Source: Gemmatimonadota bacterium (GTDB taxonomy: Bacteria > Gemmatimonadota > Gemmatimonadetes > Gemmatimonadales > GWC2-71-9). Taken from it: DNA of 64,000 nucleotides. The notes beneath the pieces were generated by a model. The model did no database searches, was not told where the DNA came from, and saw only the letters and a list, made by a program, of their open reading frames with translations. The stretch spans positions 91,400-155,399 of the forward strand of contig QHVB01000028.1 of assembly GCA_003222195.1 (NCBI GenBank). Direction: 5' to 3'. Made by a program: the position numbers and the translations under genes. Positions 43,238-53,402 of this stretch are shown here, piece by piece. The first letter of the stretch is position 1; the number at the start of each line of letters is the position of its first letter.

Positions 43238-44770
43238 TTGAAGACCCGCGTTCTCCATTTCACCGCCGAGTTGTGGCCGTATGCCCGCACGGGCGGCCTG
43301 GGACAGGCGGTCGCCGGCCTCGCCGATTATCAGGCGGCCAGTGGAACGGAGAGCCACGTCGTCCTTCCCCTGTATCGCGAAGCCCGCGCCCATGCCGGCA
43401 AGCTCGAGCCGTTGTGGGAGCCGTTCACCGTCGAGAGCGGTGGGCGGCGCGAGGAAGTGCGCTGCTGGCATGAGGCGGCGGACACGTACCCCAAGACGCT
43501 GTTTCTCGAACACAACCCGTCGTTCGACCGGCCGGGCATTTACGGTGACTCGAGCGGCGACTATCCGGACAACCCACGCCGGTTCGCGCTGTTCGCTTCC
43601 GCCGCGATCGAGATCGCGCGGCGCATCGGCGAAGGAAACCTGATCATGCACGCGCACGACTGGCATGCCGCGTTGGTGCCGGTGTTCCTGCGTCGCGTGT
43701 ATCGCGCTGAGCCCGATCTGCAGCGGCTGCCGTCCGTTTTGACCGTGCACAACGGCGGCTTCCAGGGCGTCTTTCCTTATGAGGTGCTGAAAGACATCCA
43801 TCTGCCCGACGACATGTGGTCGCCGGATTTCATGGAGTGGTACGGCCGTCTCAACTACTTGAAGGGCGGCCTCAAATACGCCGATATGGTGACGACCGTG
43901 AGTCCGACGCACGCGTTCGAGCTGCTCACCGACGTCGGCGGCTTCGGTCTCCAGTACACCTTCCGGAACCTCGGTGATCGTCTCGTCGGCATCCGGAACG
44001 GCATCGACGTCGACCAGTGGGATCCGGCCACGGACCATGACATCCCGGCGCGGTTCACACCGGACGACATGTCGGGAAAGGTCCGCTGCAAGGCCGAGCT
44101 GCAAGGGGCGTGGGGATTGCCGCGGCGGGCCGATATCCCGCTGTTCGGCATGAGCGCGCGGCTCGTCTCGCAAAAGGGTCTCGATCAAATCGTCGCGTCG
44201 CAATCGCTGCGGCTGCTCGACGCCCAATTCCTCTTCCTCGGCGCCGGCGAGGCCCAGTTCGAGACCGCGCTGCGCGAGCTTGCGGCGCGCTTCCCGCAGC
44301 GGGTTGGCGTGAACACGAACTTCACGGACGCGCTCGAACACGGTCTGCTCGCCGGCGCCGATTTTCTGATGATGCCCTCGCTGTACGAGCCGTGCGGGTT
44401 GACGCAGATGCGCGCGCAACTGTACGGCGCGCTCCCGGTCGCGCGGCGGGTCGGTGGCCTGGCCGACACGATCGAAGACGGCGTCACGGGCATTCTGTAT
44501 GAGGCCTACAGTCCGGAGGCGTTCGATCTCGCGATCCAGCGGGCGGTGACGATGTATCAGGATCGTCGCTTGTTCACGGAGCTGGCGCGGGGCGCCATGC
44601 GGAAGGATTTCTCGTGGCGCCAGCCGGCCGAAGCGTACGCGGCGGTCTATAGCCGCGCCGCCGCGACGCGAGCCATTGCGGAGACGCCCGCCGCGGAGAA
44701 AGGTGGGCGCAAGCCACGCAAACGGTCCACGACCAGTAAGGGTGGACGAGGCGTCAACGCCCGTCGCTAA
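43238..44770 (+). CDS. glgA: Glycogen synthase (GT5) with a basic C-terminal tail
   Basis: TTG start after GGGGAGAG. MKTRVLHFTAELWPYARTGGLGQAV (KTGGL-type motif)...HAHDWHAAL...PSLYEPCGLTQM. Confidence 0.9.
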   Translation: MKTRVLHFTAELWPYARTGGLGQAVAGLADYQAASGTESHVVLPLYREARAHAGKLEPLWEPFTVESGGRREEVRCWHEAADTYPKTLFLEHNPSFDRPGIYGDSSGDYPDNPRRFALFASAAIEIARRIGEGNLIMHAHDWHAALVPVFLRRVYRAEPDLQRLPSVLTVHNGGFQGVFPYEVLKDIHLPDDMWSPDFMEWYGRLNYLKGGLKYADMVTTVSPTHAFELLTDVGGFGLQYTFRNLGDRLVGIRNGIDVDQWDPATDHDIPARFTPDDMSGKVRCKAELQGAWGLPRRADIPLFGMSARLVSQKGLDQIVASQSLRLLDAQFLFLGAGEAQFETALRELAARFPQRVGVNTNFTDALEHGLLAGADFLMMPSLYEPCGLTQMRAQLYGALPVARRVGGLADTIEDGVTGILYEAYSPEAFDLAIQRAVTMYQDRRLFTELARGAMRKDFSWRQPAEAYAAVYSRAAATRAIAETPAAEKGGRKPRKRSTTSKGGRGVNARR

Positions 44771-44780
44771 ATCTCCCGCG

Positions 44781-46430
44781 ATGGATTTCGTTCTCACGCT
44801 GCACGGCCACCTCCCGTACGTGCTGCACCACGGCCGTTGGCCGCACGGCAGCGTGTGGCTCTGCGAGGCCGCGTTCGACAGCTACCTGCCGCTGATCGAA
44901 GCGCTGCAGGCCCTCGAAAAAGAGAAGATCCCGGCCCCGATCACCCTGGGCATCACGCCCGTCCTCGCGAACCAGCTCGCGCATCCGTCTTTCGTCAGCG
45001 AGTTCGAAGCGTATATGGAGCGGCGCCTCGAAGGCGCGGCCGGCGCCCCCGCCCACCTCTCCGCGTCGGGTGATTCACAGCTCGTGCCGATCGCGAAGTT
45101 CTGGCACGAACGGCTGACGCGCCTGCTCGGGTTGTTCCGATCCCTGAATGGCGATCTCGTCGGAGCGCTGCGCGGGTTCGAGGACCGTGGCCGCATCGAG
45201 TTGATCTCCTCGGCAGCGACACACGGTTTTCTGCCGCTGCTCGCCCGCGACGAGAGCATCAACCTGCAGCTGGCCGTCGGCGTAGCGGAACACAAACGCC
45301 TGTTCGGCCGCACGCCGACGGGCTGCTGGCTGCCCGAATGCGCGTATCGGCCGGGCGGACCCTGGGGGCCGGCGGGCGCGCGCCCGCAATCCTACCGGGT
45401 GGGGACCGACGAGCATCTCGCCGCCGCGGGGTATCGCTACTTCTTCGTCGATACGCACCTGGTGCGGGGCGGCGCCGCGCTGGGGTATCCCGAGATCGAG
45501 GAAGTCCCGCTCAGCGGAGAACGCACACCCTACCTCGCATACCGCGTCGCGTCGTCCAAGCGGCGGGCCCATGATCTCTACGCACTCGTGCGCGATCCCA
45601 AAGCATCGGCACAGGTGTGGTCCCGTGCCCAGGGGTATCCGGGCGACGAGTGGTACCTCGAGTTCCACAAGATTCGCTGGCCGGATGGGCTGCGGCTCTG
45701 GCGCGTCACCGGAAGCAACGTGGACCTCGGCGGGAAACGCCCGTACGAGCCGCGCGCCGCCGATGCCTCCGCACGAAATCATGCCGAGCACTTCGCGAGC
45801 GTGCTGCGTGACACCGCCGCGCGGTTCGAGCAGGAGCGCAAGTCCCGCGGGCCGCAGCCGGTCATCACCGCGCCCTTCGATGCCGAGTTGTTTGGGCACT
45901 GGTGGTTTGAGGGCGTCGATTTTCTCGAGCAGCTCTACCGCCGCCTGAGCCGCAACGGTGTACGGCCGGTGACAGCGCGGCAGCACATCACCAGCGACGG
46001 AAAAGGACGGGGGGGGCCCACGATTCAGCTCACCGAGGGCTCGTGGGGCAAGAACGGCGACTTTTCCATGTGGCTCAACGAACAGACGTCGTGGACCTGG
46101 AAGCGGCTCTGGGCACTCGAGGAAGCGTATTGGGCCGTTGCGCCTAAGGCGCTCAAGGGCGGCCCGAAGCCGCGCGCGGTCCTCGCGCAGGCCACGCGAT
46201 CGATGCTGCTCGCGCAGGCCTCGGACTGGCAGTTCATCATCTCGACCGCTGAAGCTGCCGACTACGCCAGCCAGCGGTTCGACGAGCACTGCGGGCAGGC
46301 GGAGGATCTCGTGCGCGCGCTGGGGGACGGCAAGATCGATGATGCAACGATGGCGCGCGTGGAAGCGCTGGGCGCGCAGGACAGTCTCTTCCCCAACGTC
46401 CTGCGCAGTATCGCCGAAGTTGTCGGATGA
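44781..46430 (+). CDS. GH57 family 1,4-alpha-glucan branching enzyme-like protein (DUF1957 type)
   Basis: MDFVLTLHGHLPYVLHHGRWPHGSVWLCEAAFDSYLPL...GCWLPECAY...FDAELFGHWWFEG are GH57 conserved regions. Confidence 0.85.
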   Translation: MDFVLTLHGHLPYVLHHGRWPHGSVWLCEAAFDSYLPLIEALQALEKEKIPAPITLGITPVLANQLAHPSFVSEFEAYMERRLEGAAGAPAHLSASGDSQLVPIAKFWHERLTRLLGLFRSLNGDLVGALRGFEDRGRIELISSAATHGFLPLLARDESINLQLAVGVAEHKRLFGRTPTGCWLPECAYRPGGPWGPAGARPQSYRVGTDEHLAAAGYRYFFVDTHLVRGGAALGYPEIEEVPLSGERTPYLAYRVASSKRRAHDLYALVRDPKASAQVWSRAQGYPGDEWYLEFHKIRWPDGLRLWRVTGSNVDLGGKRPYEPRAADASARNHAEHFASVLRDTAARFEQERKSRGPQPVITAPFDAELFGHWWFEGVDFLEQLYRRLSRNGVRPVTARQHITSDGKGRGGPTIQLTEGSWGKNGDFSMWLNEQTSWTWKRLWALEEAYWAVAPKALKGGPKPRAVLAQATRSMLLAQASDWQFIISTAEAADYASQRFDEHCGQAEDLVRALGDGKIDDATMARVEALGAQDSLFPNVLRSIAEVVG

Positions 46431-47758
46431 CCTCGCCGCAACCCGGACTCGTGGTGATCCACGGGCATTTCTACCAGCCGCCGCGGGAAAACCCGTGGAC
46501 CGGACAGGTCGATGCCGAGCCGTCGGCCGCGCCCGATCACGACTGGAACATTCGCATCACGCGCGAATCGTACCGGCCGCTCGCGTCGGTCTACGAGTAT
46601 CTGAGCTTCGATTTCGGTCCCACGCTGCTCGATTGGCTGGAACGCGAAGCGCCGGACGTCTCCGCCGCCGTCATTCGCGCGGACCGCGCCAGCGTGAACC
46701 GGCTCGGCCACGGCAATGCGCTCGCGATGCCGTATCATCACATCATCCTGCCCCTCGCCACACGCCGGGATAAAGAAACCGAGGTTCGCTGGGGCATCGC
46801 CGATTTCAGGCGGCGTTTTGGGAGAGATCCGGTGGGGTTCTGGCTCCCCGAGACAGCCGTCGATCGCGAGACGCTCGAGGTCCTCGCCGCCGCCCGGCTC
46901 GCCTTTACTGTTCTCGCTCCGCACCAGGTCACCAAGCCGCCGCCACACGGGGTGCCGGGAAAGGTGTCGCTCGACCACGGCCGGTCGATCGCGGTGTTCG
47001 TCTACGACGGCGGGCATTCGCACGACGTGGCGTTCGGCGGCTTGCAGAGCGATCCCGATCGCTGGACCGACAGACTGGAGCGGACGCCACGCGGCTCCAT
47101 CGCGGCGGTCGCGGTAGACGGTGAGACCTTCGGCCATCACCACAAGGGCGGCAGCCGCGGGCTTGCGACCACACTCCACCGGTTGCAGCACAGCCGGCAA
47201 GTAGGACTGACGAACTTCGCCGCGGCGCTCGCGGCGCATCCCCCCGCCCCGACCGAGACGGTAGAAATCGTCGCGCCCAGCTCGTGGAGCTGCACACACG
47301 GCATCGATCGCTGGCGCACGGCCTGCGGCTGCCGGATCCATCACGACGTGCCGAGTCAGCAGGAGTGGCGGGCGCCGCTACGGGCTGCCATCGATTGGCT
47401 GGCCGCGGAGATCCATGCGCTGTACGAGCGCGAGGGGCGCGACTTGCCTGGTGGGCCCTGGGCATTCCGAGATGCCGCGGCAGGATCCGGGGGCCCCCTC
47501 GCACCGCCGCTCGTCGAGATGGAGCGGGGAGTGCTGCGTGCCATGACGTCGTGCGGCTGGTTCTTCGACGACATCGCCGGAATCGAAGCGCGGCAGGTGC
47601 TGCGCTACGCGGCCCACGCCATCGCGCTCTCCGGTGCGGAGAGTGGCCGGCTCGAGGCGGGTTTTATCGCAAAACTCGGCGAGGCGCGCAGCAACGATCC
47701 CGCCGCGGGAACCGCGGCCGACGTGTTCCGCCAGGCATTTCAGCCGGTGCAGCCGTGA
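46427..47758 (+). CDS. GH57 N-domain / DUF3536-like protein
   Basis: ATGA overlap with the upstream gene. LVVIHGHFYQPPRENPW...GFWLPETAVD...DGETFGHHHK. Confidence 0.8.
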   Translation: MTSPQPGLVVIHGHFYQPPRENPWTGQVDAEPSAAPDHDWNIRITRESYRPLASVYEYLSFDFGPTLLDWLEREAPDVSAAVIRADRASVNRLGHGNALAMPYHHIILPLATRRDKETEVRWGIADFRRRFGRDPVGFWLPETAVDRETLEVLAAARLAFTVLAPHQVTKPPPHGVPGKVSLDHGRSIAVFVYDGGHSHDVAFGGLQSDPDRWTDRLERTPRGSIAAVAVDGETFGHHHKGGSRGLATTLHRLQHSRQVGLTNFAAALAAHPPAPTETVEIVAPSSWSCTHGIDRWRTACGCRIHHDVPSQQEWRAPLRAAIDWLAAEIHALYEREGRDLPGGPWAFRDAAAGSGGPLAPPLVEMERGVLRAMTSCGWFFDDIAGIEARQVLRYAAHAIALSGAESGRLEAGFIAKLGEARSNDPAAGTAADVFRQAFQPVQP

Positions 47759-49674
47759 CGCAGCCGCTGCGCTTCGTCTTTGGGCTCCATCTGCACCAGC
47801 CGGTGGGCAACTTCGACCACGTCATGGCCGATCATGTGCGTGACGTCTATCGCCCGATCATCGAGCGCGCGACCGCCGCCGGATTCTTTCCACTCACGCT
47901 TCACGTCTCCGGACCGCTGCTCGAGTGGTTGGAAGGGCACAATACGTCCTGGCTCGATATGATCGGCCAGCTCGCCGCCGATGGCCGGCTCGAGTTGTTG
48001 CTCGCCGGATTCGATGAGCCGATCCTGGCCGCGCTGCCCCGCCCCGACCGTTTGGAGCAGATCGGTCGCATGCGTGAGTATCTCAAGCGGCGCTTCGGAG
48101 TCGAGGCGACCGGTCTGTGGCTCACCGAGCGCGTCTGGCAGCCGGAGCTGACGGCCGATCTCGCCGAGGCCGGCGTGGAGTACGCGCTCGTCGACGACCG
48201 GCACTTCCTGGTCAGCGGATTTCGTCACGAGGAACTGCACCGTCCGCATCTGACCGAGTCCGACGGCCGCCGGGTCGGTCTGCTCGCGATCGACGAGCGC
48301 CTGCGCTACCTGATTCCGTTCCGGCCACCGGAGGAAACCGCATCGTATCTACGGCAGCTGCGCGGCGAGGGCCATGAGCTCGCCATTCTGGCCGACGACG
48401 GGGAAAAATTTGGCGGCTGGCCGGGCACGAAGGAGTGGGTGTACGGGTCGGGCTGGCTCGACACGTTTCTCGCGACCATGGAGCGCCTGATCGCGGCGGG
48501 AGAAATCAGGCTTGCCACCGGGCAGGAAGCGTTCCGGCAGGTCCCGTCCGGCGGGCTCGCGTATCTCGGCACCGCCTCCTACCGCGAAATGGAGAAGTGG
48601 GCGCTGCCGCCGGCCGCGCAGCGCGACCTCACCAAACTCGAGGAGGAGCTCGGCCCCAAGGATCTGGCGGCGTCGGCATCGTTCGTCCGGGGGGGACACT
48701 GGCATCATTTCCTGGTCAAGTACCCAGAGTCGAACCGCATGCACAAGACGATGGTGGCGCTCTCGAGCCTATCCCACAGCCGCGGCGATCCGCCGGCGGC
48801 ACGGCGCGCCATCGGGCGAGCGCAGTGCAACGATGCCTACTGGCACGGCGTGTTCGGCGGGCTGTATCTCCCGCATCTGCGCAATGCAATTTGGCAGCAG
48901 CTCGCCATTGCGGAGCGAGAGCTGCGCCAGGGGGAGCCGCTCGCGTACGAAGAGCTCGATTTCGACTACGATGGCTACCCCGAGCTCTGGATCCACTCCG
49001 CCCGATTCTCGGCCGTGGTCAGCCCGCACCGCGGCGGTGCCGTCGAAATGCTGACGCGGTTCGACAGCCTCACGAATCTCGCCGATGTCCTCACGCGGCG
49101 GCGCGAATCGTATCACGAGATCGCCAAGGATTCGGCGCAGGGGCATGGTGAAGCTAAAGACGGCACCGCCAGCATCCACGACATCGAGAAGGCGTCACGC
49201 CTCAGCGCGCTGCCGCCGGTGGATCCAGAGACTCGCGCGATCCTGGTGGAACGTCTGCTGGGTGCCGAGGTGACGGCGGACGACTACGCCGCCGCCAGAT
49301 ACACGCCGATTCAGTCGTGGGCCGCGGTACCGATGACCGCGCGCGTCTCGACGACACGCGAGGCCATCACCGTCGTGCTCCAGGGCAACGACCTCGAGAA
49401 ACGCTTGAAGTTCGACGTCGCCGGATGTCTCGACGTCGCCTATTCCTGGAATGCCGCGGCACATCCGAACGCGGTGTTCGCGCCTGAGCTGTCGCTGGCA
49501 CGTGAGGTGCCGCTCCGCCTTCAGCCTGACGCCGAAGTCTGGCGATCCAAGATCACCACGGTCGCGCGCAGCGAGCGTGGGTTTGAGGAAACAGTTCAGG
49601 GGATCTCGCTCACACCGCGCTGGCCGGCCCGTCTCGGGGCGTGCTCGCTCGAGCTCGGCGGGGGCGCAGCCTAG
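47755..49674 (+). CDS. GH57 alpha-amylase/4-alpha-glucanotransferase-like protein
   Basis: The GTG at 47755 overlaps the upstream TGA. FVFGLHLHQPVGNF...GLWLTERVWQPEL...ADDGEKFGGWPGT...AQCNDAYWHGVFGGLYLPHLR. Confidence 0.8.
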   Translation: MTQPLRFVFGLHLHQPVGNFDHVMADHVRDVYRPIIERATAAGFFPLTLHVSGPLLEWLEGHNTSWLDMIGQLAADGRLELLLAGFDEPILAALPRPDRLEQIGRMREYLKRRFGVEATGLWLTERVWQPELTADLAEAGVEYALVDDRHFLVSGFRHEELHRPHLTESDGRRVGLLAIDERLRYLIPFRPPEETASYLRQLRGEGHELAILADDGEKFGGWPGTKEWVYGSGWLDTFLATMERLIAAGEIRLATGQEAFRQVPSGGLAYLGTASYREMEKWALPPAAQRDLTKLEEELGPKDLAASASFVRGGHWHHFLVKYPESNRMHKTMVALSSLSHSRGDPPAARRAIGRAQCNDAYWHGVFGGLYLPHLRNAIWQQLAIAERELRQGEPLAYEELDFDYDGYPELWIHSARFSAVVSPHRGGAVEMLTRFDSLTNLADVLTRRRESYHEIAKDSAQGHGEAKDGTASIHDIEKASRLSALPPVDPETRAILVERLLGAEVTADDYAAARYTPIQSWAAVPMTARVSTTREAITVVLQGNDLEKRLKFDVAGCLDVAYSWNAAAHPNAVFAPELSLAREVPLRLQPDAEVWRSKITTVARSERGFEETVQGISLTPRWPARLGACSLELGGGAA

Positions 49675-49739
49675 GAATACGCCGAGTGGCGCGGTCCGAC
49701 AGCGGGGCGTAGAATCGACTCCCCCTCGGGGAGGACCTT

Positions 49740-51509
49740 ATGCGATGCACCCGCCTGGCGGCGCTGCTCGTCATCGGCGCCGGTCTGTGGACCGCCTGTT
49801 CTGACTCCTCACGCGACCTGCTCGGCCCCAGTGCTGCCACGCCTGCTCTCACCCGCATCACGCCCGATTTTCGCGCCGCACTCGCCGCGCAGAAGCGCCA
49901 CACGCCGGCCCTGCTCCGCGTGCCGGGAATCGTGGGCACTGCCATCGGACTCGCGCCGGACGGGAAGCCCACGGTTCGACTGTTGCTCGCGCAGCCGAAC
50001 GTGACGGGTCTGCCGCTCGTTCTGGACGGCGTGCCGGTGTCGACGGAGGTCACCGGCATGTTTTTCGTGCGCTCCGACCCCACCAAGCGGCAGCGGCCCG
50101 CGCCGCTGGGCTTTTCGGTCGGTCACCCGGCGATAACGGCCGGTTCCATCGGCGCCCGCGTTGTGGACGCGACGGGCAACGTCTACGTGCTGAGCAACAA
50201 TCACGTGCTGGCGAACAGCAACGGCGCAACGATCGGCGATCCCGCGCTGCAGCCCGGCCCATTCGACGGCGGTACGGCGCCTGCCGATCAGATCGGCACG
50301 CTCGCCGCTTTCCAGACGATCGACTTCTCGGGCGGCGCCAACACGATCGACGCCGCGATCGCGCTCTCGAGCGCCGACAATCTCGCGAATGCCACGCCTG
50401 CCGACGAAGGCTACGGCCTGCCGAATTCTGCGATCTACGGTGATGCCAACGGTGACGGCGTCTTCGACGACCGGAATTCCCTGCTCGGCCTCGCCGTGCA
50501 GAAGTACGGCCGCACGACCAAAGCGACGCACGGCCAGATCACCGGAATCAACGCCACGGTCAACGTCTGTTACGAGGTCTTCATCATCTTCTGCGTCAAG
50601 CAGGCGACGTTCGTGGATCAGCTGATCATCGAGCCGGGCACATTCTCCGGCGGCGGCGACTCCGGCTCGCTGATCGTGGCGGACGACGGCTCCAACCGTC
50701 CCGTGGGACTGTTGTTCGCGGGCAGCAGCACCCAGACGATCGCCAACCGCATCGATCTGGTGCTCAACCACTTTGGTGTCCGGATCGACGGCGGCGAGCC
50801 GCCTCCCCCGCCACCACCGCCCGCTCCGGTGACCGATCTCGCCATCACGAGCGTCGGGGCCCCACCGACGGCTACGCAGGGCAACACGGTCAACGTGTCG
50901 GTCGCCGTGAAGAACGTCGGGAATCAGGACATTCCCGCCGGCGTCGCCGTGACGCTCACCGACCTCACCGATGGCACGGTGATTGGAACCCAGACGCTGC
51001 AAGCGCTGGGAGCCGGCGCCGCGGCGACGCTCGTATTCCCGTGGAATACCACCGCGAGCTCGCTCGGCACGCATGTCCTCCAGGCGCAGCACGCACTCGC
51101 GGACGATAATGTCGGGAACAATCAGGCCTCGGCCAGCGTGACGCTGAACTCGGTGTCGCTGATCATTCACGTCGGCGATCTCGACGCCACGACCTCACGC
51201 AGCGGGAGTTCCTGGTCGGCGACGGTCCAGATCACCGTACACGACGCCGATCACAATCCGCTCAACGGTGCCACCGTGGTCGGTCACTGGAGTCAGATCG
51301 GCTTGAACTCCGACACCTGCACCACGGGCGAGCTGGGCGGCAATGGGACCTGCATTGTCGTGTTCCCGAGCTTGAAGAAGAGCGTGGCCTCCGTGAACAT
51401 GACGGTCGTGAGCGTGACCTACCCCGGACGGACCTACGACCGGACGTTCAACCACGATCCCGATGGAGACAGCAACGGGACGACGATCAAGGTGCTCCGG
51501 CCGAATTAG
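49740..51509 (+). CDS. Secreted (probably lipidated) chymotrypsin-fold serine protease with a poly-Pro linker and a CARDB-like domain
   Basis: LWTACS near the N-terminus. Catalytic triad context SNNHVLA / IDAAIA / GGGDSGSLIV. Linker EPPPPPPPPAP. DLAITSVGAPPTATQGNTVNVSVAVKNVGNQ is CARDB-like. Confidence 0.7.
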   Translation: MRCTRLAALLVIGAGLWTACSDSSRDLLGPSAATPALTRITPDFRAALAAQKRHTPALLRVPGIVGTAIGLAPDGKPTVRLLLAQPNVTGLPLVLDGVPVSTEVTGMFFVRSDPTKRQRPAPLGFSVGHPAITAGSIGARVVDATGNVYVLSNNHVLANSNGATIGDPALQPGPFDGGTAPADQIGTLAAFQTIDFSGGANTIDAAIALSSADNLANATPADEGYGLPNSAIYGDANGDGVFDDRNSLLGLAVQKYGRTTKATHGQITGINATVNVCYEVFIIFCVKQATFVDQLIIEPGTFSGGGDSGSLIVADDGSNRPVGLLFAGSSTQTIANRIDLVLNHFGVRIDGGEPPPPPPPPAPVTDLAITSVGAPPTATQGNTVNVSVAVKNVGNQDIPAGVAVTLTDLTDGTVIGTQTLQALGAGAAATLVFPWNTTASSLGTHVLQAQHALADDNVGNNQASASVTLNSVSLIIHVGDLDATTSRSGSSWSATVQITVHDADHNPLNGATVVGHWSQIGLNSDTCTTGELGGNGTCIVVFPSLKKSVASVNMTVVSVTYPGRTYDRTFNHDPDGDSNGTTIKVLRPN

Positions 51510-51520
51510 TATTCTTCGGC

Positions 51521-52144
51521 ATGCCATCTTTTGAAGCGCTTGCCGGCCAGCTCGCCGAGGTCGGGCGGCACTGCTACGAGCGCGGGTGGGCCCTCGGGAC
51601 CAGCGGCAATTTCAGCGCCGTCGTCCGCGCGAATCCGGTGACCCTCGCGATCACGACCAGCGGCGTAGATAAGGGACTGCTGGAACCGCATCACATCGTC
51701 GAAATCGACGCTGGGGGGCGGGTGGTCCGAGGCGCTGGAACGCCGTCGGCCGAGGCCGTGTTGCATCTGGCAATCGTGCGATCGCGGGGGGCAGGCGCGG
51801 TGTTGCATACGCATTCGACTTGGAGCACGATTCTGTCAGATGAGGGAGCTGATGGCACCCTCATGATTGAAGGCTATGAGATGCTGAAGGGTCTGGACGG
51901 AGTGCGCACGCACGAGCATCGCGAGCGACTGCCGGTGATTCCGAATACGCAGGACTGGGCAGCCGCCGTACCCGAGGTCGAATCGGTCCTGCAAAAGCAC
52001 TCCGCGGCGCACGGATTCCTGATCCGCCGCCACGGTCTCTACACGTGGGGGCGCGACCTGGCCGAGGCCAAGCGGCACGTGGAGATCCTCGAATTCTTGT
52101 TCGAGGCGATGGGACGAAAGCGAGGGATAGCATGGCCACCGTGA
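51521..52144 (+). CDS. mtnB: Methylthioribulose-1-phosphate dehydratase (class II aldolase fold)
   Basis: [13 protein letters not shown]...[10 protein letters not shown]...[11 protein letters not shown]...AVLHTHS. Confidence 0.85.
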   Translation: MPSFEALAGQLAEVGRHCYERGWALGTSGNFSAVVRANPVTLAITTSGVDKGLLEPHHIVEIDAGGRVVRGAGTPSAEAVLHLAIVRSRGAGAVLHTHSTWSTILSDEGADGTLMIEGYEMLKGLDGVRTHEHRERLPVIPNTQDWAAAVPEVESVLQKHSAAHGFLIRRHGLYTWGRDLAEAKRHVEILEFLFEAMGRKRGIAWPP

Positions 52145-52692
52145 AAATTCCCGCCGAGCAACGCACGCTGACCAATCAGGCCGAGGTCACGCAATATCTC
52201 GCCACGCTCGGCATCGACTACGAGCGCTGGCCGCTGTCGCAGCGCGCCGCGGCAAATGCGCCGGCCGAAGCGGTGCTCGCCGCGTACGCGCCGGAAATCG
52301 CCAAGTTGAAGGCACGTGGCGGGTATGTGACGGCCGATGTCATCGATGTTACGCCGGCGACGCCGAATCTCGAGACCATGCTGGCGAAGTTCAGTACCGA
52401 GCACTTCCACGACGAGGACGAAGTTCGCTTCATCATCCGCGGCCGTGGGCTGTTTCACATTCACCCGCGCGAGGGGCCCGTCATCGCCATCGAAGTCGAG
52501 GCGGGCGATCTGATTCGGGTGCCGCGGGGGACCTGGCACTGGTTCGATCTCTGCGCCGATCGGGACATCCGCGCGATCCGGCTATTCCAGGACAAATCCG
52601 GGTGGACGCCGCATTACACGAACAGCGGGACCGATGAGGGCTTCCAGCCCGTGTGCTGGGGACCGACGTACATCCCGATCGCGACACGCTGA
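52132..52692 (+). CDS. mtnD: Acireductone dioxygenase (ARD cupin)
   Basis: ATG at 52132 (13-nt overlap with mtnB). [22 protein letters not shown]...[14 protein letters not shown]. Confidence 0.85.
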   Translation: MATVKIPAEQRTLTNQAEVTQYLATLGIDYERWPLSQRAAANAPAEAVLAAYAPEIAKLKARGGYVTADVIDVTPATPNLETMLAKFSTEHFHDEDEVRFIIRGRGLFHIHPREGPVIAIEVEAGDLIRVPRGTWHWFDLCADRDIRAIRLFQDKSGWTPHYTNSGTDEGFQPVCWGPTYIPIATR

Positions 52693-53396
52693 ACCACATC
52701 CGCGCCATCCTGCTGGACATCGAGGGCACCACTACCCCCATCGAGTTCGTCCATCAGGTGCTGTTCCCCTACGCACGCGCGCACGTGCACGACTATCTCG
52801 CGGAGCACGCGGACGACCCTGAGGTCCGCGCCGATATCGCGCTCCTGCGAGCCGAACACGCCGCGGAATCGGCCCAAGCAGCGGGCGTACCACCATGGAA
52901 TCCCGAGGCCTACGTCTACTGGCTGATGGATCGTGACCGCAAATCGACAGGGCTGAAATCAGTCCAGGGTCGCATTTGGGAGGCAGGGTACCAGAGCGGA
53001 GAGCTCAAGGGGAAAGGCGAAGTCTACTCGGACGTCAGACCGGCGCTCGAGCGGTGGCGCGCAACCGGCAAGCAGATCGCCATTTTTTCGTCCGGCAGCG
53101 TCCAGGCGCAGCGCAATCTCTTCGCAAACACCACCGCGGGTGATCTCTCGCCATTTCTCTCTGGCTACTTCGACACGACGACTGGGCCAAAAAGAGAAGC
53201 GGGCAGTTATCGCAAGATCGCCGGAGCACTCGGACGCCGGCCGGCTGACGTGCTCTTCGTCTCCGACGTCGCGGCGGAGCTCGATGCGGCGCGCGCCGCG
53301 GGCATGCGGACGGCGCTGTGCGTACGCGGGCACGATGAGCCGCACGATTCTCTCACAGATCATCCTCGCATTCGCTCCTTTGTCGAGCTAGCGTAG
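52653..53396 (+). CDS. mtnC: Enolase-phosphatase E1 (HAD superfamily)
   Basis: [16 protein letters not shown]...[13 protein letters not shown]...IAIFSSGSV...[13 protein letters not shown]. The start codon is uncertain (the GTG at 52653 overlaps mtnD). Confidence 0.85.
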   Translation: MLGTDVHPDRDTLNHIRAILLDIEGTTTPIEFVHQVLFPYARAHVHDYLAEHADDPEVRADIALLRAEHAAESAQAAGVPPWNPEAYVYWLMDRDRKSTGLKSVQGRIWEAGYQSGELKGKGEVYSDVRPALERWRATGKQIAIFSSGSVQAQRNLFANTTAGDLSPFLSGYFDTTTGPKREAGSYRKIAGALGRRPADVLFVSDVAAELDAARAAGMRTALCVRGHDEPHDSLTDHPRIRSFVELA

Positions 53397-53402
53397 GAAC
53401 CC

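Noticed and set aside
43157-44797. A 546-aa minus-strand ORF. Similar long antisense ORFs occur at 45075-46289, 49809-51170, 59484-60698, 60861-62075, 20111-21370, 21234-22325, 38947-40503, 35943-37208, 8893-9795 and 26174-27430.
   Set aside because: Each lies antisense to a gene with clear family signatures (glgA, GH57, S1 protease, Omp85-fusion protein, Rieske oxygenase, decarboxylase, DUF5916, symporter, amidase). All are Arg/Gly/Pro/Asp-rich with no conserved motifs, so I treat them as non-coding shadows.
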